Positions 22,446 through 35,564 of a stretch of DNA of 64,000 bases are shown one piece after another. Made by a program: the position numbers and the translations under genes. The stretch comes from Ruditapes philippinarum (lineage: Eukaryota): the NCBI RefSeq assembly GCF_026571515.1, contig NW_026852821.1, positions 186,001-250,000 on the forward strand, in the 5' to 3' direction. The notes below the pieces were generated by a model that searched no databases, was not told where the DNA came from, and saw only the letters and a list, made by a program, of their open reading frames with translations. Position 1 is the first letter of the stretch. Each line of letters opens with the position of its first letter.

Positions 22446-25400
22446 TCGTCAGAAAAGGTTAGGAAAGCAAGAAAGCAATTAATAAAATAAAGAAATTATG
22501 TTATCATTTCTCTTAAGCCTCTTTTTTGCTGTGTATCTGCATTGATGAAAATTACTATAATAGTTGTGTTTGAAATATGTTAACTTTCTTTTAGATGAAA
22601 TGTTACTAAATTCATAGTTACAACAGTTTGGTTTCAAGAGTAATAACAGAACCTAAGTTTTCAACCTCATATCAAATATAAAGCGGGTACATTTTCTTAT
22701 TCCTTCTATCGTCTCTGGTTTTTATTCACTGGATTACTGAGAAATCAAGTAGTAAACATGTTGTGATAATGTTATTTACATAGTTTTACGTAACCCCAAT
22801 AACACATGTTATTTCTTGCATGTCTAGGCGACACTTTACCAATGCATGTAACGATAACAGATATGAAGGTATTAACTGTATCGAGCGATAATCCGATTTA
22901 CAACATGTTAAACAAGATACAAGCGAAGTTATGCCTACGGTATTTGCAAAGACGGTATGATTAAACGTGGATAATAAAATATGTGGTACATGTAATACAC
23001 ATGTATATGCAGAACATATGGATAATAATTTGATATATCGTGTTTTTATGTTTCAATATTATTTGTAGAATATATTGTGCCGTACAACTTTGATCTTACA
23101 GAGAACTGCCATATGGTATTAAGAAATAATGATGTGTTATTCAAATAACGAAGATTAAAATTAGACTAAGTGCGGAACAGTGTCCATGATAAAAGAAAAA
23201 TCACAGTTTAAACGAATTGATGGACAAACAATGGGAGTCACATGTTACAAATATAGTTATCAGCCCCTAAAAGAGAGTTTTTACTTTTAGATAATTTGCA
23301 AGTGCAGATTACTGAAAAGCAAGCATTTTAATTTGCTATATGTGATTAACAGTTTAAGTGACTTTTATTTTTTGGTTTTCAAATCAGTCATTATGCATCA
23401 GTTTTAAATCAGAAATTAAATGTGGAAAAATATACTACAATTACCTCCGACAAAGGTATGCCACGAGGGAAAGATGTAGCTACATGAGAACAAGATATGT
23501 GACAAATTATTTCACCCAAAGGGATAATCTCGAAATCAAATGCGATAATGAGGTGTTGTTTGCAACAAATTTGAGTCATCTGCTTTTGAAAATTACCAAA
23601 TTGAGCAAAAGTGTAGAAAAAGTAGCACGTTATTTCCAACTTTTGTTTTATGATGACTTTAAAGCAAGTAAAATTTATATAAACTAAAAATCTTTGCGCT
23701 AGTCCTTTTTTTGGCGCTACTTTAGCAAATGTCTTTGAAACAGATATGATGTCTATATAACAAATGTATAGTCCCCTTAATGTCTTTATTATTAACCAAT
23801 GTTTCACAATAGAAAATGAGAAACATAATTACATTGGCATTTTACCTGATTAAGACAAAAATACTCTTATCTAAACAATATGTCTGATAAAATAATTCGT
23901 AAAGCTTATCTGTATTTCTTATTTAATTTAGATATATACTAGATCATCTTTGTGTCATTATATAACATCCTTACAAGTTATCTTTTATGTATCTTGTTTG
24001 TCAATGTCATACATATTGATTGTATGAAGATAGCAACAGGCCTTATATGTAAAAAAAAACAAATGTTTGGTCGCATTAGTTTTCTCTTGTAGATGTGTCT
24101 GTTGCCCGCAAGCATTCTAATAGAAACGAATTTCTTATTAGATCAGGAAGACAACATGTGCGGCTGATCTGTACATCTGAATAGTGTTTATTGCAATTAA
24201 CAATCATCGATCGAAGTTGTCAGACAATAAACGTAAGGCAGATCTACTCTGGATAATATCAAGTGATAATACAAATGTAAAAATTATGAAATATTTGTTG
24301 AAGAAATAAAGATTGCTTCAGTTTTTAATAATTCAAAATACAAGTCTACAAAAAATCATTTTTTGTATAATCTTCGGTTATTGCTTTTGTTTTTTGTGAA
24401 TGCAAATCAGACTTTTAAAAACACATTAAATTTTGCATTAATTAAAGTTTTGTTACTTTCAAGAATATTGTGATCTATTTATATAAATGTCTCACAGTGT
24501 ATTCAAACTGGCATTAAATTAAATGCTTTAAATATTTTTTATTAAAAACTCATCATCAACGCTGATCTTTTTTTTTCGTACTAGGATTAATAACATAGAG
24601 AAATAACTTATGGAAGGCTAATTTTTCTACTCAGGTACATACATGCATATATTTAGATTTTCGTATCAAAATACGAAATAACCTGATTTTAAAAGCAATT
24701 TGACATGATAGAAATTTCAGTGGACTGGATCAAATATTTATACGTAAAACGTGAATGGTTTTCACAGAATATGTCTAAGGCGGAAACAAGCTTTAAAAAT
24801 GCTATACAAAATTGTGAATATATTTCTTTATTTCCTTGTTCCAATTTAGATATCGTATTACAGAAACTTTAATGTGCGTTAAGAGTCTTTGAGAAATTAG
24901 AATCTGGATATTTTTCTCTCATTATTGTGCGCAAAAATTATTACAAATTAATTCTTGTAATATGAATTGAACGTGCTTTGAAATAAGAAATAAAAACCAT
25001 GAATTCCTTTTCACCGAAAAATGAAAATCAGAATAAGTGGAAACCTCTGTAAATGAATGTAATATAATGGTTATCGTCATGAATAACACTTTAAAACTTT
25101 TTGAATTAATTGAATTTATAAATTCTAATAGTATGTATTTATGTTGTATATTCTATGATAAATACACAATTCCCTCATTTGTATAATAAGAATTTGATAT
25201 AATCTGACACATGAAAGTTTACTTTTGAATTACAAGTAACATTTTAATTATAACGAATCAAACAAAGAGTGCTGTTTGACGCGTTGGTTAGTTTATATAT
25301 TGTAATTAATTTCATGATTATAGTTGCACTTTCAAATAAGGTTTATTTAGCTTGTACACTGTTTGAATATTGCACACATATCAATTTATCAATGTACTGC

Positions 25401-27359
25401 AATGTGTTATAAGACTGGTTGTAATTATATACATTATTTAACAAATAACATTCAAATTCAAGAATCTTACAATTCTTGTAGTATAAGCTTTTTAAATTAA
25501 ATGCAAACTCAAATTGAGCCTCTCGTTTTTTTAATCTAATTCAGTTAACGTGGAATTGGTAGCCCGTGGCTTCGAAACTAAAATTGTACACTATGGTTTT
25601 TTGATATAAAAATGATATGAACAAATCTGTATACCATATAATGACAATCTTATTTAATGGTTTCGATAATTATTAAGCGCAATTAAAACATTGACTCATT
25701 ATGTCCATGACATATTTTCATTTGTCTGCCAATACAATTTAGACGTCATACCTGTTGGCATTTCCTATTTGTTGGCGGTATCAGGGTGCCAGATGAAATT
25801 TTTATTAATACTTTGCTTCCAAGATGTATTTGTCTGTTTCTTGGTGTATGTTTCATGTAATGATTCGTATAATGTAAAGATGAAATAATCAAACGATAAC
25901 AATCAGTAAATGCCAGCAATCGGCGTTACATGCATTAGCATAACGTTATGTCTAGACAATAATTAAGGTCAATAAAAACAAGATATATGTTGCAATGAAA
26001 TAGAACCAAAACAGTTCTTTTCAATTTTAATAATGATATTTTATATTTATGTTAAAATATTAATTTTCATGTGTTGACAATTTCTTTACAAAATTTAATG
26101 GTTGTTTGTATATTTATCAATTAGCCTTTTACGTCCTCTCTGACCCATTATATCCTATATATTTGCCCCAAAACATTTGGTGACCCTTCGGGTGCATTAT
26201 GCTTCATAGTTTTCAGCGGATTGCTATGCGAGCACGCTGCTTTTCCTTTGGTGATATTTAATTTTATATTTCAAACGTTGTCTGTTTGATTTATCTCGAT
26301 AATTTGCCGGAAAGGAACAAGCAAAAACATCAATCTTTATTAAATAAGTTCTTTTTTTTATATTATCTGCATCTTTATTGGTTGCCATTTGATTGATGTC
26401 TGGTAAATCAAATTGCTATGATGTTGTTATAATTTTATTTGAAGCGTAACGCTAAACCATCGCCAAAATATATTCCTGGAAAACTATTACAATATTAAGT
26501 AGAAATTACTTACCGCCAAACCACCAAAACAATAAAAGGATGAGGTTTATTTTCCCTTTTTTTTGCTTTGTTTTGTTTTAATTGTTGTTGCTTTTTTTGC
26601 AGCAGTACCAGTGTTATACTAGTAAGCATACTAATGTTTAGTTACATCCGTGATAAATTGTTTCAATCTCACAATATACTGCGTTTTGTATGTGAGTGTA
26701 GGCTTGTCACACTTATCAAATAGTGATATAATTTGTATTTTACATCTCTATCTACTGACCCCTAAATCAAAGGAAGAAGACCGCTTATCGGAACAGGTTC
26801 GTATGGGCATATGGACGGATGGTTCAAATACTATATACCCCGTGGCATCAAAATCACTGAAGTAGAATTAAACATCGTTATTCACGTGTGTGGATAAAAC
26901 ATAAATCAAACTTACATAACAATTGAATATTTATCAGGAACTTAATTGAAACTTACACGCATTCGATGAGCTTGAAATTAAGATCCATCTTTACTTATGT
27001 CTAGTTTTTTTGGAAAAACAAACTAATAAACATGGTTTTTAAAAATATAATATACATGCAAATGCTATAAGTAAAATGTTTTCGTTCGTTTAAACAAATA
27101 TATATCTCATTGCGTAATAACCAGTCTTTCAAAAGAATCAGGATTTACATTCTGAAATCAAATATTTTAATTTCTCGATTTTAAATAAAAAAAAAAAAAA
27201 CAAACGTTTTCATAAAATGATGAGAAAAACGTTAGTTTACTTTTTACTTCTTCTTTTATTAAAAACTGATAACATAGAAATACAGAAAAGAAACATCAAA
27301 ATGGCTACGAGAACATTGCGTAACAGTAATTTTATATTCTCATTTAATCTTGCAAATAG

Positions 27360-27545
27360 CGTTAGAAAGTATAACTTAAAAAATCTAATTTAAATAGTTA
27401 TCTTAAATGTTTTGCAGATATCGCTTCAAATGGAGGGAAAAGAAAATCTGAATTATTTACTTCGTACATGTTTTCATAACTAAAGATTTTAATGAATTAA
27501 TCGCCAACGTGGTTTGAGCAGCTGCATGATATTTTGGGTGTGTTA
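27360..27545 (+). repeat. Third copy of an acceptor-like block (also ~36885-37080 and ~63730-63895)
   Basis: Shared GTT.GAAAGTA..ATCTAATT..TTATC.TTTT.CAGATAYCG.TT.ARATGGAG..GAATTATT.ACTTC. Confidence 0.75.
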
Positions 27546-27721
27546 ATTTAACAAAAACACATGACAATAATTTGCAAATCAAGAAAAAAAAGGTTTTACT
27601 AAAATGTACATGTTACTTCAATAATGAGTACTGTATATTTGCAGATGTATATTTGCAGACCAAATCTGCAGACTATATATGTGCAGACGATTGCGTATTA
27701 TTTGTTTTATTTTATTTTATT

Positions 27722-27785
27722 ATTTTTGTATGCCCCCTAAAGGCGGCATATCAAAATCATACCTTCCGTCTGTCTGTCTACCTAT
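27722..27785 (+). mobile_element. End of a Helentron-associated (HINE/pearl-like) element remnant
   Basis: TTTTTGTATGCCCCCTAAAGGCGGCATAT hairpin followed by a (CGTC/TGTC)n microsatellite. Confidence 0.45.
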
Positions 27786-28794
27786 GGATCTCAACTTACA
27801 TAACAGTCGGGTCCAGCATGCATCTGTGTCATGAAGCGGAAAATTGTGGAGCGTATCTGGTTTTCTGTCATTTCCATCAAGATTAGTAAAAAACTAACGT
27901 ATACTTTTTCATTCAATGGCGTCGTTTGCTTACAAATTGTAGGATACGACGCAGTTCTGATTCCAAGCCCTGAAAGTATAATTTTGTTAAAACCGTAGTT
28001 ATTAACAGATGATTTGAGATTAATATCTAAAGATATAATATATTTATATTATTTATGGAACATTTAACGTACCTAGTTGTACATGGAAAAAATATTTTAT
28101 ACTTTTCTAGTAGAAAACAGAAATTACCATTTGTCATCAACTGACGTTAATTATAGAAAAAGTCACGAATTATAATAGTTTTCGAATAGTAAATCTTGTT
28201 TTATCCTAATGTGGTTTTATAACGATCTTTAATCAAATAAGCCTTTCATTCTACACATCATGTTCATAACAGTTCTTTCTTTATTGCAGTTCCAATGTCG
28301 AAGTAAATTGAGAACAAAACAAAACAATTGTAATATAATGAGTAACTGACAATAAACACTGTGCAGCGCTTACTTATCATTGTTTTTTCTCTCTCTACCC
28401 TACTTTTGTATTGGTTACATTGACAACAGAAATTGAATGCAAACATGTTTAAGATAATTTTAGCATTTGTTAACTTATTAAAATAAGTCACCGTGTCATT
28501 TATCATGACATTAATTTTGACTGCTTCTGATAAAACATTGTGAAAATGAAGCAGTAAAGTCACTGCGATGATTTCTGCAAATTGTATTTCTATAATTTAA
28601 AACTTTTCAACGTAAATCACGTTTAAAATTATACATCTCTAATGTACAAGTGTACATGTATGTACTTCTTTATATTATCGAGTCATCTTATCGGCTGATC
28701 ATGCTTTCTTTAACAAAGGGAATAGTACATTCACACTTAAAATTTCAGTTTAAATATTTCAAGTTTTGGTGTACTGAACCAGATGGATATTTGT

Positions 28795-28905
28795 TTGTTT
28801 TGCACATAAGATCAACATTAATTTCACGGAGTAAAGACCTTGTGTATTATTTTCACAGGTAGCGTAGCCACGAATGAAATAAAAGAGTGATCTTGATCTT
28901 ACATT
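28795..28905. mobile_element. Palindromic non-autonomous DNA-element remnant
   Basis: TAAGATCAA...TTTCAC..GTAGCGTAGCCACGAATGAAA...TTGATCTTA inverted architecture. Confidence 0.35.
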
Positions 28906-31590
28906 CTAAAAAATAAAGCTTTAATTTATTACGTGCTTTTAAGGGTTTAAAATCAATTTTACTTGATTTCATCCCGCGTTTTTTGCGCTGTCATTCATGA
29001 TATCTTCAATTCATGACGTACTATTGATCTTGTTGAAAAATAATTCTGAAAAATGTAGCGAATTTTGGTTCAGGTTAAAACGATAAGTGCAGGTATTCAT
29101 GAAGCTTTAGTTATAAAGCAAATTGAACTCATGAATAAGTGTATTTCTGATCGTATTTCCCTTTAATTAAGATATATTCTTTTCATCAGCATTCAGATAT
29201 ATTCATGCTACTGTAAAAATCATATCTTACAATTTCACTGTAAAATTATCAAAATATAATTTCAGTATCCACTGACAAGCATGTTATAAAATTATTCTTA
29301 TCAATATCATTTAAGAAATTTTCAGTCACTTACTTTTCACCTAAACTTATACATCTATTCATATTAGCAATGTTTTGATTAAGATATATAATTATTTAAG
29401 AAGCTTTATTTTCAATCAAATTTTCATAATTAGACAAAACAAGTAAATCTCTCTTTTTGTTATTTTTTATATGCTTTCTTCATAACATAAATATAGCTTA
29501 AAGTTCTGGTTTCGTAACGTTTACTTTATTCCTTGTTTACTTTTCCGAACAAACGATTATTAAGAAATGGAATAATCTATTCTTCAGCTTTACTGTAATT
29601 AATTGATCCTAACTTATGGCAACTGTCTTAATAATAAAAGGTGTTTTCTCCTTTGAGTTTTAACCAATTAAAAACAAATCATTGTTGAAAAGTAATTTTC
29701 TTCATGAACGTTAAGACTTTGTGATTTATTTATAAATGTATATTAAAGCTAAGCTATTCTGATTTCCTTTGCCATATTTTGAGTAAAGTATTATGCAAAT
29801 CATTCTGATAGAATCTGATCTTTCTTATTGTGAATTCAGTATGATAAACAAGATTGTTGTTTTGTTGTTTAGTTTTGCTGCTTGTTTATTGTTTTTGTTT
29901 GCGTTTTTATGTTTGTTTGTATTTCCTTTTTTATTTGGTTATATTTGCTGCTGTACTAACAAACACTTGCTGCTGTACTTACAAATGTTTAACACCTAAG
30001 ATAACATTGTAATTTAATAATAAATACTTAAAGTTTTAAAAACATTTCAGATTTACAAATCATTGATAAAATGTGAATATAGTCTGGATTCAATTTAAAT
30101 GCTGATATTTTAGTAACTGTAAAAGGTATGTCACCTTGTTAAAGTATTGTACTGTTTATAAAAAAAACATAGACTGACTTTTACACGCAGAAGCCCTTCT
30201 TTCAGAATGTTATCAATCAAAAATCTGTAATTTGTAAAACGTATTCATTAAAGGTATGTGAAATATATTTAAACCAAATCTTTTCTATGTATGAAAATCT
30301 TAATCGTTTTAACGTGGGCTAACCTAAACTGATGTCATGAATGATTAAGTCTATTTTTTCTTAAATATGTATATGGTAAAAGATGAAATATTTGCATTGT
30401 TATTGAAGTCGTAGCTTATAATGAGTTCAAATGGTGTGTCGTTCATAACTTTCCCTTTACAGTGCAAATGGCTTTCTATTGGTTACCTACAAACAAAAAC
30501 GTTGTCACTCTGATATCTTTATGGTTTGTTGTCTAATCTTGAAGAAAAAAACGATTTTTTGAAAAAGAAGTCTTCAACGTAAAGTTAAAGAAGGGTTGTC
30601 TAATGTTATAACGCTAATATCATATGCTTGTGTATTTTACTTTGAATTTATTGGTCCGCTTAATAGTATTAATTTCATAAGAACAGAGTATTTGATACTC
30701 TTTGATCATGTAACATATGTATTTTAACAACTTGTGCCCGATTTATTGGTATATAAAATCAGTCATTTCTTTACATTTAAAAGACTGGAGTAGGTTTTAA
30801 TGTATTAAACACTTATAATGATTACAATGATAATGTTTCAAAAGTAACCGATATATGACATAATAGTGGCGTTTTATGTTCTTTGAAATTACAAAAGAAA
30901 ATTATCAGCATAAATACCTGCATATAAATAACTAAAGTATGTACTGTAACATATGAAAACTTTTTTTTTTCTTACAGGAATTACCCTGTTACAAACAGCA
31001 TTATGTCAAACAATTTGTCGTTAACGTAAACATGAATGCATTTGTATTGATCGATGAATTGTTATAATTTCCCGATTTTAAATGCAATCAATGCATTTTA
31101 TTAATTATAAAAAATAAGTAATGGCGATTGAATACAGCTTATGCCGGTGCTTTTGCTACTGATGTATGTTTCATTTTCTGCCATGCACAAAGCTTATCAA
31201 ATTACATTTATTGGTTCACATGTTTTTTTTATTGTTATCGTTGGGTCATTCATTTTCACTCCCTTAGTTTTGTCTTAATTTTGTTCTTTACTTGTCTCAT
31301 GGTTTGCTTTAAAAGCGCCATTGTCTTGAAAATGATTGATTTATGACCACATGCACATTGGTATTTCTCTTGAACACTCCACATGAATGCAACAGCTAAT
31401 ACGTTTTTAAATGTGAAATATATCACAAGTTGTACCTATAGAAGGTGTCTAGATATAAAATTCGCTCAAAAATCAACAATTTGATAAGTCGTCATACTAC
31501 CTTTAAATGTTTATCCTTATAACAGATGACTATTAAAGGAACATTACATGTTCCGTGTCAAGCTCATTCGGACTCGTCTTAAACGAAAGC

Positions 31591-33408
31591 ATGCTTCTGT
31601 TTGCTTTTTTGTTAGTGTCTTCAATTTACTTTACGTCGTCGGAAAATGCACCGAGTAGTAGTAATTTTGATTGGGGATACACATTGTTATCAAAATTAAT
31701 ACATTTAGATAACAAAGTATCTATTTTAACCGCACAACTTGAAGGTAATTATGTTTTTATAAAATTGAACTAAACTCAAATGCAAGCAAATATTTATGCG
31801 TGAGTAAAATGAAATTTAAGAATGTTCTAAAATTACTGTTTTAATTATTTTTTTTAAGATTCAGATCATCAGTTAGCTAAAATGTGAAGGAAAAATGACA
31901 TTAAAATTATCTGTACTATGTAGCAGAATAGAAACAAAATCAATAATTTTAGTAATCACAAATAAAGACTGTGAGATGAAGTTTAAATGTGTTGCTTTTC
32001 ATGACAATATTAGTTTTAGTTTCAAAGCATATTATGCCTCAGGGACGATTTATTCCTCCTTTAGAAACATACAATCTATAATGTTTCCATAAATGGCTTT
32101 AAAGCGTGAAGAAAGTTAATAACCTGATGAAAGTAGCGCTGAATATTAACTCATTTGTTATGACATTGCATAATGTAAACAAAGTAATATGTTAACGTCC
32201 ATACAAAATACTCAATCATTACAACTGTACTAAATGTCAAGTAGCAATAGAAGCAAAAGATGTTTCAGGTAATTGGTGAATGAGTAACTTTTTGAAAAAT
32301 TTCATCAGGACACCTTACATTAAAATGCTTTTAAAAAACAAAATAAATCATGCGACATAATGGGCCTTTTTAATATTATACATGAATTTAAAGCTTTGGA
32401 AATTTTAAACAGGGCACCAACAAGAAAAAGCTTTTGAGAAACGAAAAAAAAAACAACAAACTAACAAGCAAAAAAAAACACCATATATCCGACATAATGG
32501 GCCTTTTGAGAATATAAAAGAATTTAAAGCTTTGAAAGTTTTAAAAAAAACAAAAACAAAAAACATATATCCGACATAATGGGCCTTTTAAGAATACAAA
32601 TGAATTAAAGTTTTGAAAATTTGAGAAAAAAAAGATATCTGGATAAAATTAATATTACAATGAATATACATGTACTATGATATTAACAACGTAATAAGGA
32701 ACGATGTATTTTCAAGTTCTATTCTATTGTATTCGGTGACATTTGATCATAACTTTTTACGTATATCTCAAATTCAGATGCTGTAAAAACAATAGCAAAC
32801 CTGAGCGACACGATTGAAACAAACAAGCAATCTGCTGGTACAACATACATTCGCTGGGGTCGCACCACGTGTCCTGGTAAAGCTGTTCTAGTTTATGATG
32901 GATACGTTGCAGGGTCAGATCACCTTAAAAGCGGAACTGCCGTTAATCCATTATGTCTGCCAAAAGATCCGGACTACGATAAGTATCTCAGCGGATTTCA
33001 ATTTTCAGGTAGGATATATGGGGCAGAATATCAAACAGACAGATATCCGGAATGGGCGTATCTTCAAGACCATGATATTCCATGCGCAGTTTGCCGAATA
33101 CCACGTACTAACGTTCTTATGGTGCCGGGGAAAACCGTTGTCATGACAATTACATCCTAGAATATAAAGGCTATCTTATGGCCGAACGCGACATTCATCC
33201 GTGATCCTCTGAATTTGTGTGTGTTGATGGAAATCCTGAAACAATTATGGGAAGTCATAAAAACTTGGATGGCAAATTGTTTTATTTTGTTGAAGGGGTT
33301 TGTGGCTCTCTACCTTGCAATCCATATAAACACGGATGGGAGCTGACATGTGCTGTATGCTCGTATTCATACAATGCAAAATCGACAAGTATTCAGCCAT
33401 ACAAGTAG
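31591..33408 (+). pseudogene. Secreted short-chain collagen C4-like Cys-rich domain gene, two coding exons (31591-31744, 32778-33408), disrupted
   Basis: Signal peptide MLLFAFLLVSSIYFTSS; phase-1 GT..AG intron 31745-32777. Exon 2 reads TYIRWGRTTCP..LVYDGYVAG..LCLP..IYGAEY..PCAVC..MVPGK, then shifts frame at the A4 run 33131-33134 into RCHDNYILEYKGYLM..HP*(TGA 33202-33204)SSEFVCVD..FYFVEGVCGSLPCNPY..ELTCAVCS; stop TAG 33406-33408. AATAAA at 33562. Confidence 0.88.
32350..32630 (+). repeat. Three intronic direct repeats
   Basis: CGACATAATGGGCCTTTT...GAATT(T)AAAG.TTTG at ~32353, ~32490 and ~32572, separated by A-rich spacers. Confidence 0.85.
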
Positions 33409-34346
33409 TTTTCAATCATACGCTCGTGAAATATCTCGGAGTCTTAAACTTGCAAAAATAATCATTTCGTTTTGTGTTCATACTGACCTTTACTTTGAAT
33501 TTTTAATACTTTAATAACGTTTTAATATTAAATCTTATTTTCTCACTAACTTGATAATTTTAATAAACGTCATAGTATTGTTTGAGTTTTGATTACATTG
33601 CTGCATACATGTTTTCTATTAAGAATATAATTTAGATATAAGATATAATTTAGAAACAGAATACCTGTTTATTGTTAAAATTACAATTTACCCATATGAT
33701 TTTATTAATAAAGTTATGACACTTTTAATAAATGAATAAAACCTTAGATGATTTTCTTATTTTGTTGCGTTCTGTTTAGCCTTTTATCCTAGGACTATTG
33801 CATTTATTGTAACACTCGTTTGTTCATTTACGAGTATGTTGTTCGTATCTATCATGGAATATTCATATGTAAACTTAAGCATTTACCAAGACATTAGTAG
33901 ATATGTGGTACACTTTTAATATTTACATATAAAATGACAAAATGTAGATAGCTTCCCGATTTAATCCTGGCAAAACTGGCATGCTATTAGAATTATCAAT
34001 GATTTCTTGAATTGTTTAAAATACATACTATATATACAGGTCGATTAGGCCTTTGCCATATTTCTCACATGTATAAAATTAATGCACATGTCCGCGATGA
34101 CGCTCTGTTTATGTTAATATATTATATTCTATATATTGTTGTATTTCAACATCTGACTTTTTTCATAAAAAAAACCCCAAAAAACAACAGCAAAAAAAAT
34201 ACAAAAAACAACAACAACAACAAAAATAACAACTGTTTGTAATTATTTTTTATCACACTCCTCTATTGTCCCTTATAACTGACATTACATACAATTCATA
34301 TTTTTAATATTTGTTCCATGTTTTTTTAAAACTGACCCTTAAAATT

Positions 34347-34408
34347 ACTGACACAAATGCATCTTTTAGACTGACACAAATGCATCTTTTAGACTGACAC
34401 AAATGCAT
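34347..34408. repeat. 23-bp minisatellite, ~2.7 copies
   Basis: (ACTGACACAAATGCATCTTTTAG)n. Confidence 0.9.
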
Positions 34409-35564
34409 GAAAAGCTTTCACCTTATACCTATACCTTATTTATACAAAACTTATAAATAAGATTTAAACAAAAGAAAAATTGTTGCATCATTAAACGGTG
34501 TTATTTTTCTATAACTACAAAACATTATCAGATTGATTTAAAACTACATAAAAACGTATAATTCGGTTTAAGTAAAATCATATAAAGTAAGGTTTCAATG
34601 ATAACTTTATGACTATGCCTGTAATATCACTCTTAATAAAACAAAGGTTTCTACGTATTTACATGTAATACGTGTTTTAATGTTATATATGAAAACTTGG
34701 CATTGGCCCTCTCCGCCCATCTCATCCTGTTTGATTACCATTTGACATTGTTTGACACCATTTGTTTTGGTGGACATTCAAATGCTAATGTACCATGATA
34801 TCGCGCTATTTCCTTTAATTCACGATGCTCTCCTTTGTTGATATTAAGGCTCATATTTCAAACCAATGAGTCCTGTTAAATGTGCAATTGAGACTAACAA
34901 ACTCAGACAAATAGAACATAGTCAGTTCTTATAAGAGTATCACTTTTAATAGGATTCAGTCGTTTTTTATGTAAAACACAGCTTTATTGTTTGCCAATAA
35001 TTGCATGCCGTTGATGTCAATTATTGTAGAAATGCTGGATTTAATAATATGCAGTTTGCTTAGTACGTAGAATCCAAAAACTTATTCCTGGTATTTCAAA
35101 AAAAAAAACTTTTAATCAAACCAACGATACAACTATCTTAATTATCAAAATTGAGTAACAATCTAACAGTATGCCAAAAAACTTACAGGTGAAGAAATGC
35201 ATATTGTTCCTGACAGTTTTATTGCATCAAACACTATTATCATATGGATAAGTTACTTATCATCAGAAAATAAGCAATGATGAGTGTCCATCGAAAACAT
35301 TTGCTGATTATCTAAGTTTTTATACTGACTAGATCATAATGTTTATAAATATTTCTTCATGTTTTTACAAATGCCTGAATTCAACATAAATGTTTTAGCT
35401 GAACGACGTTAATGTTTGGTACAAGCTAATATTGTCAAAGGGAAATCTCTAAAACAAGATTTACACTATGAAAATTGAATTCTTATATTAATTTGATGCA
35501 CTGGTAAATGAAATTTATCTTTGTTTCTTAGAAAGGTAGACCTAATATAAAAAAAGTACTAAGA

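Noticed and set aside
32350-32630. CRISPR-like repeat-spacer array
   Set aside because: Only three intronic repeats with low-complexity A-rich spacers, in a eukaryotic context with no cas genes.
33125-33140. Programmed -1 frameshift at GGGGAAAAC
   Set aside because: The run is not phased as X XXY YYZ in the reading frame, and an in-frame stop follows anyway.
32895-33146. 83-aa ORF as an independent gene
   Set aside because: It is an alternate-frame reading of exon 2 of the collagen-C4-like gene.
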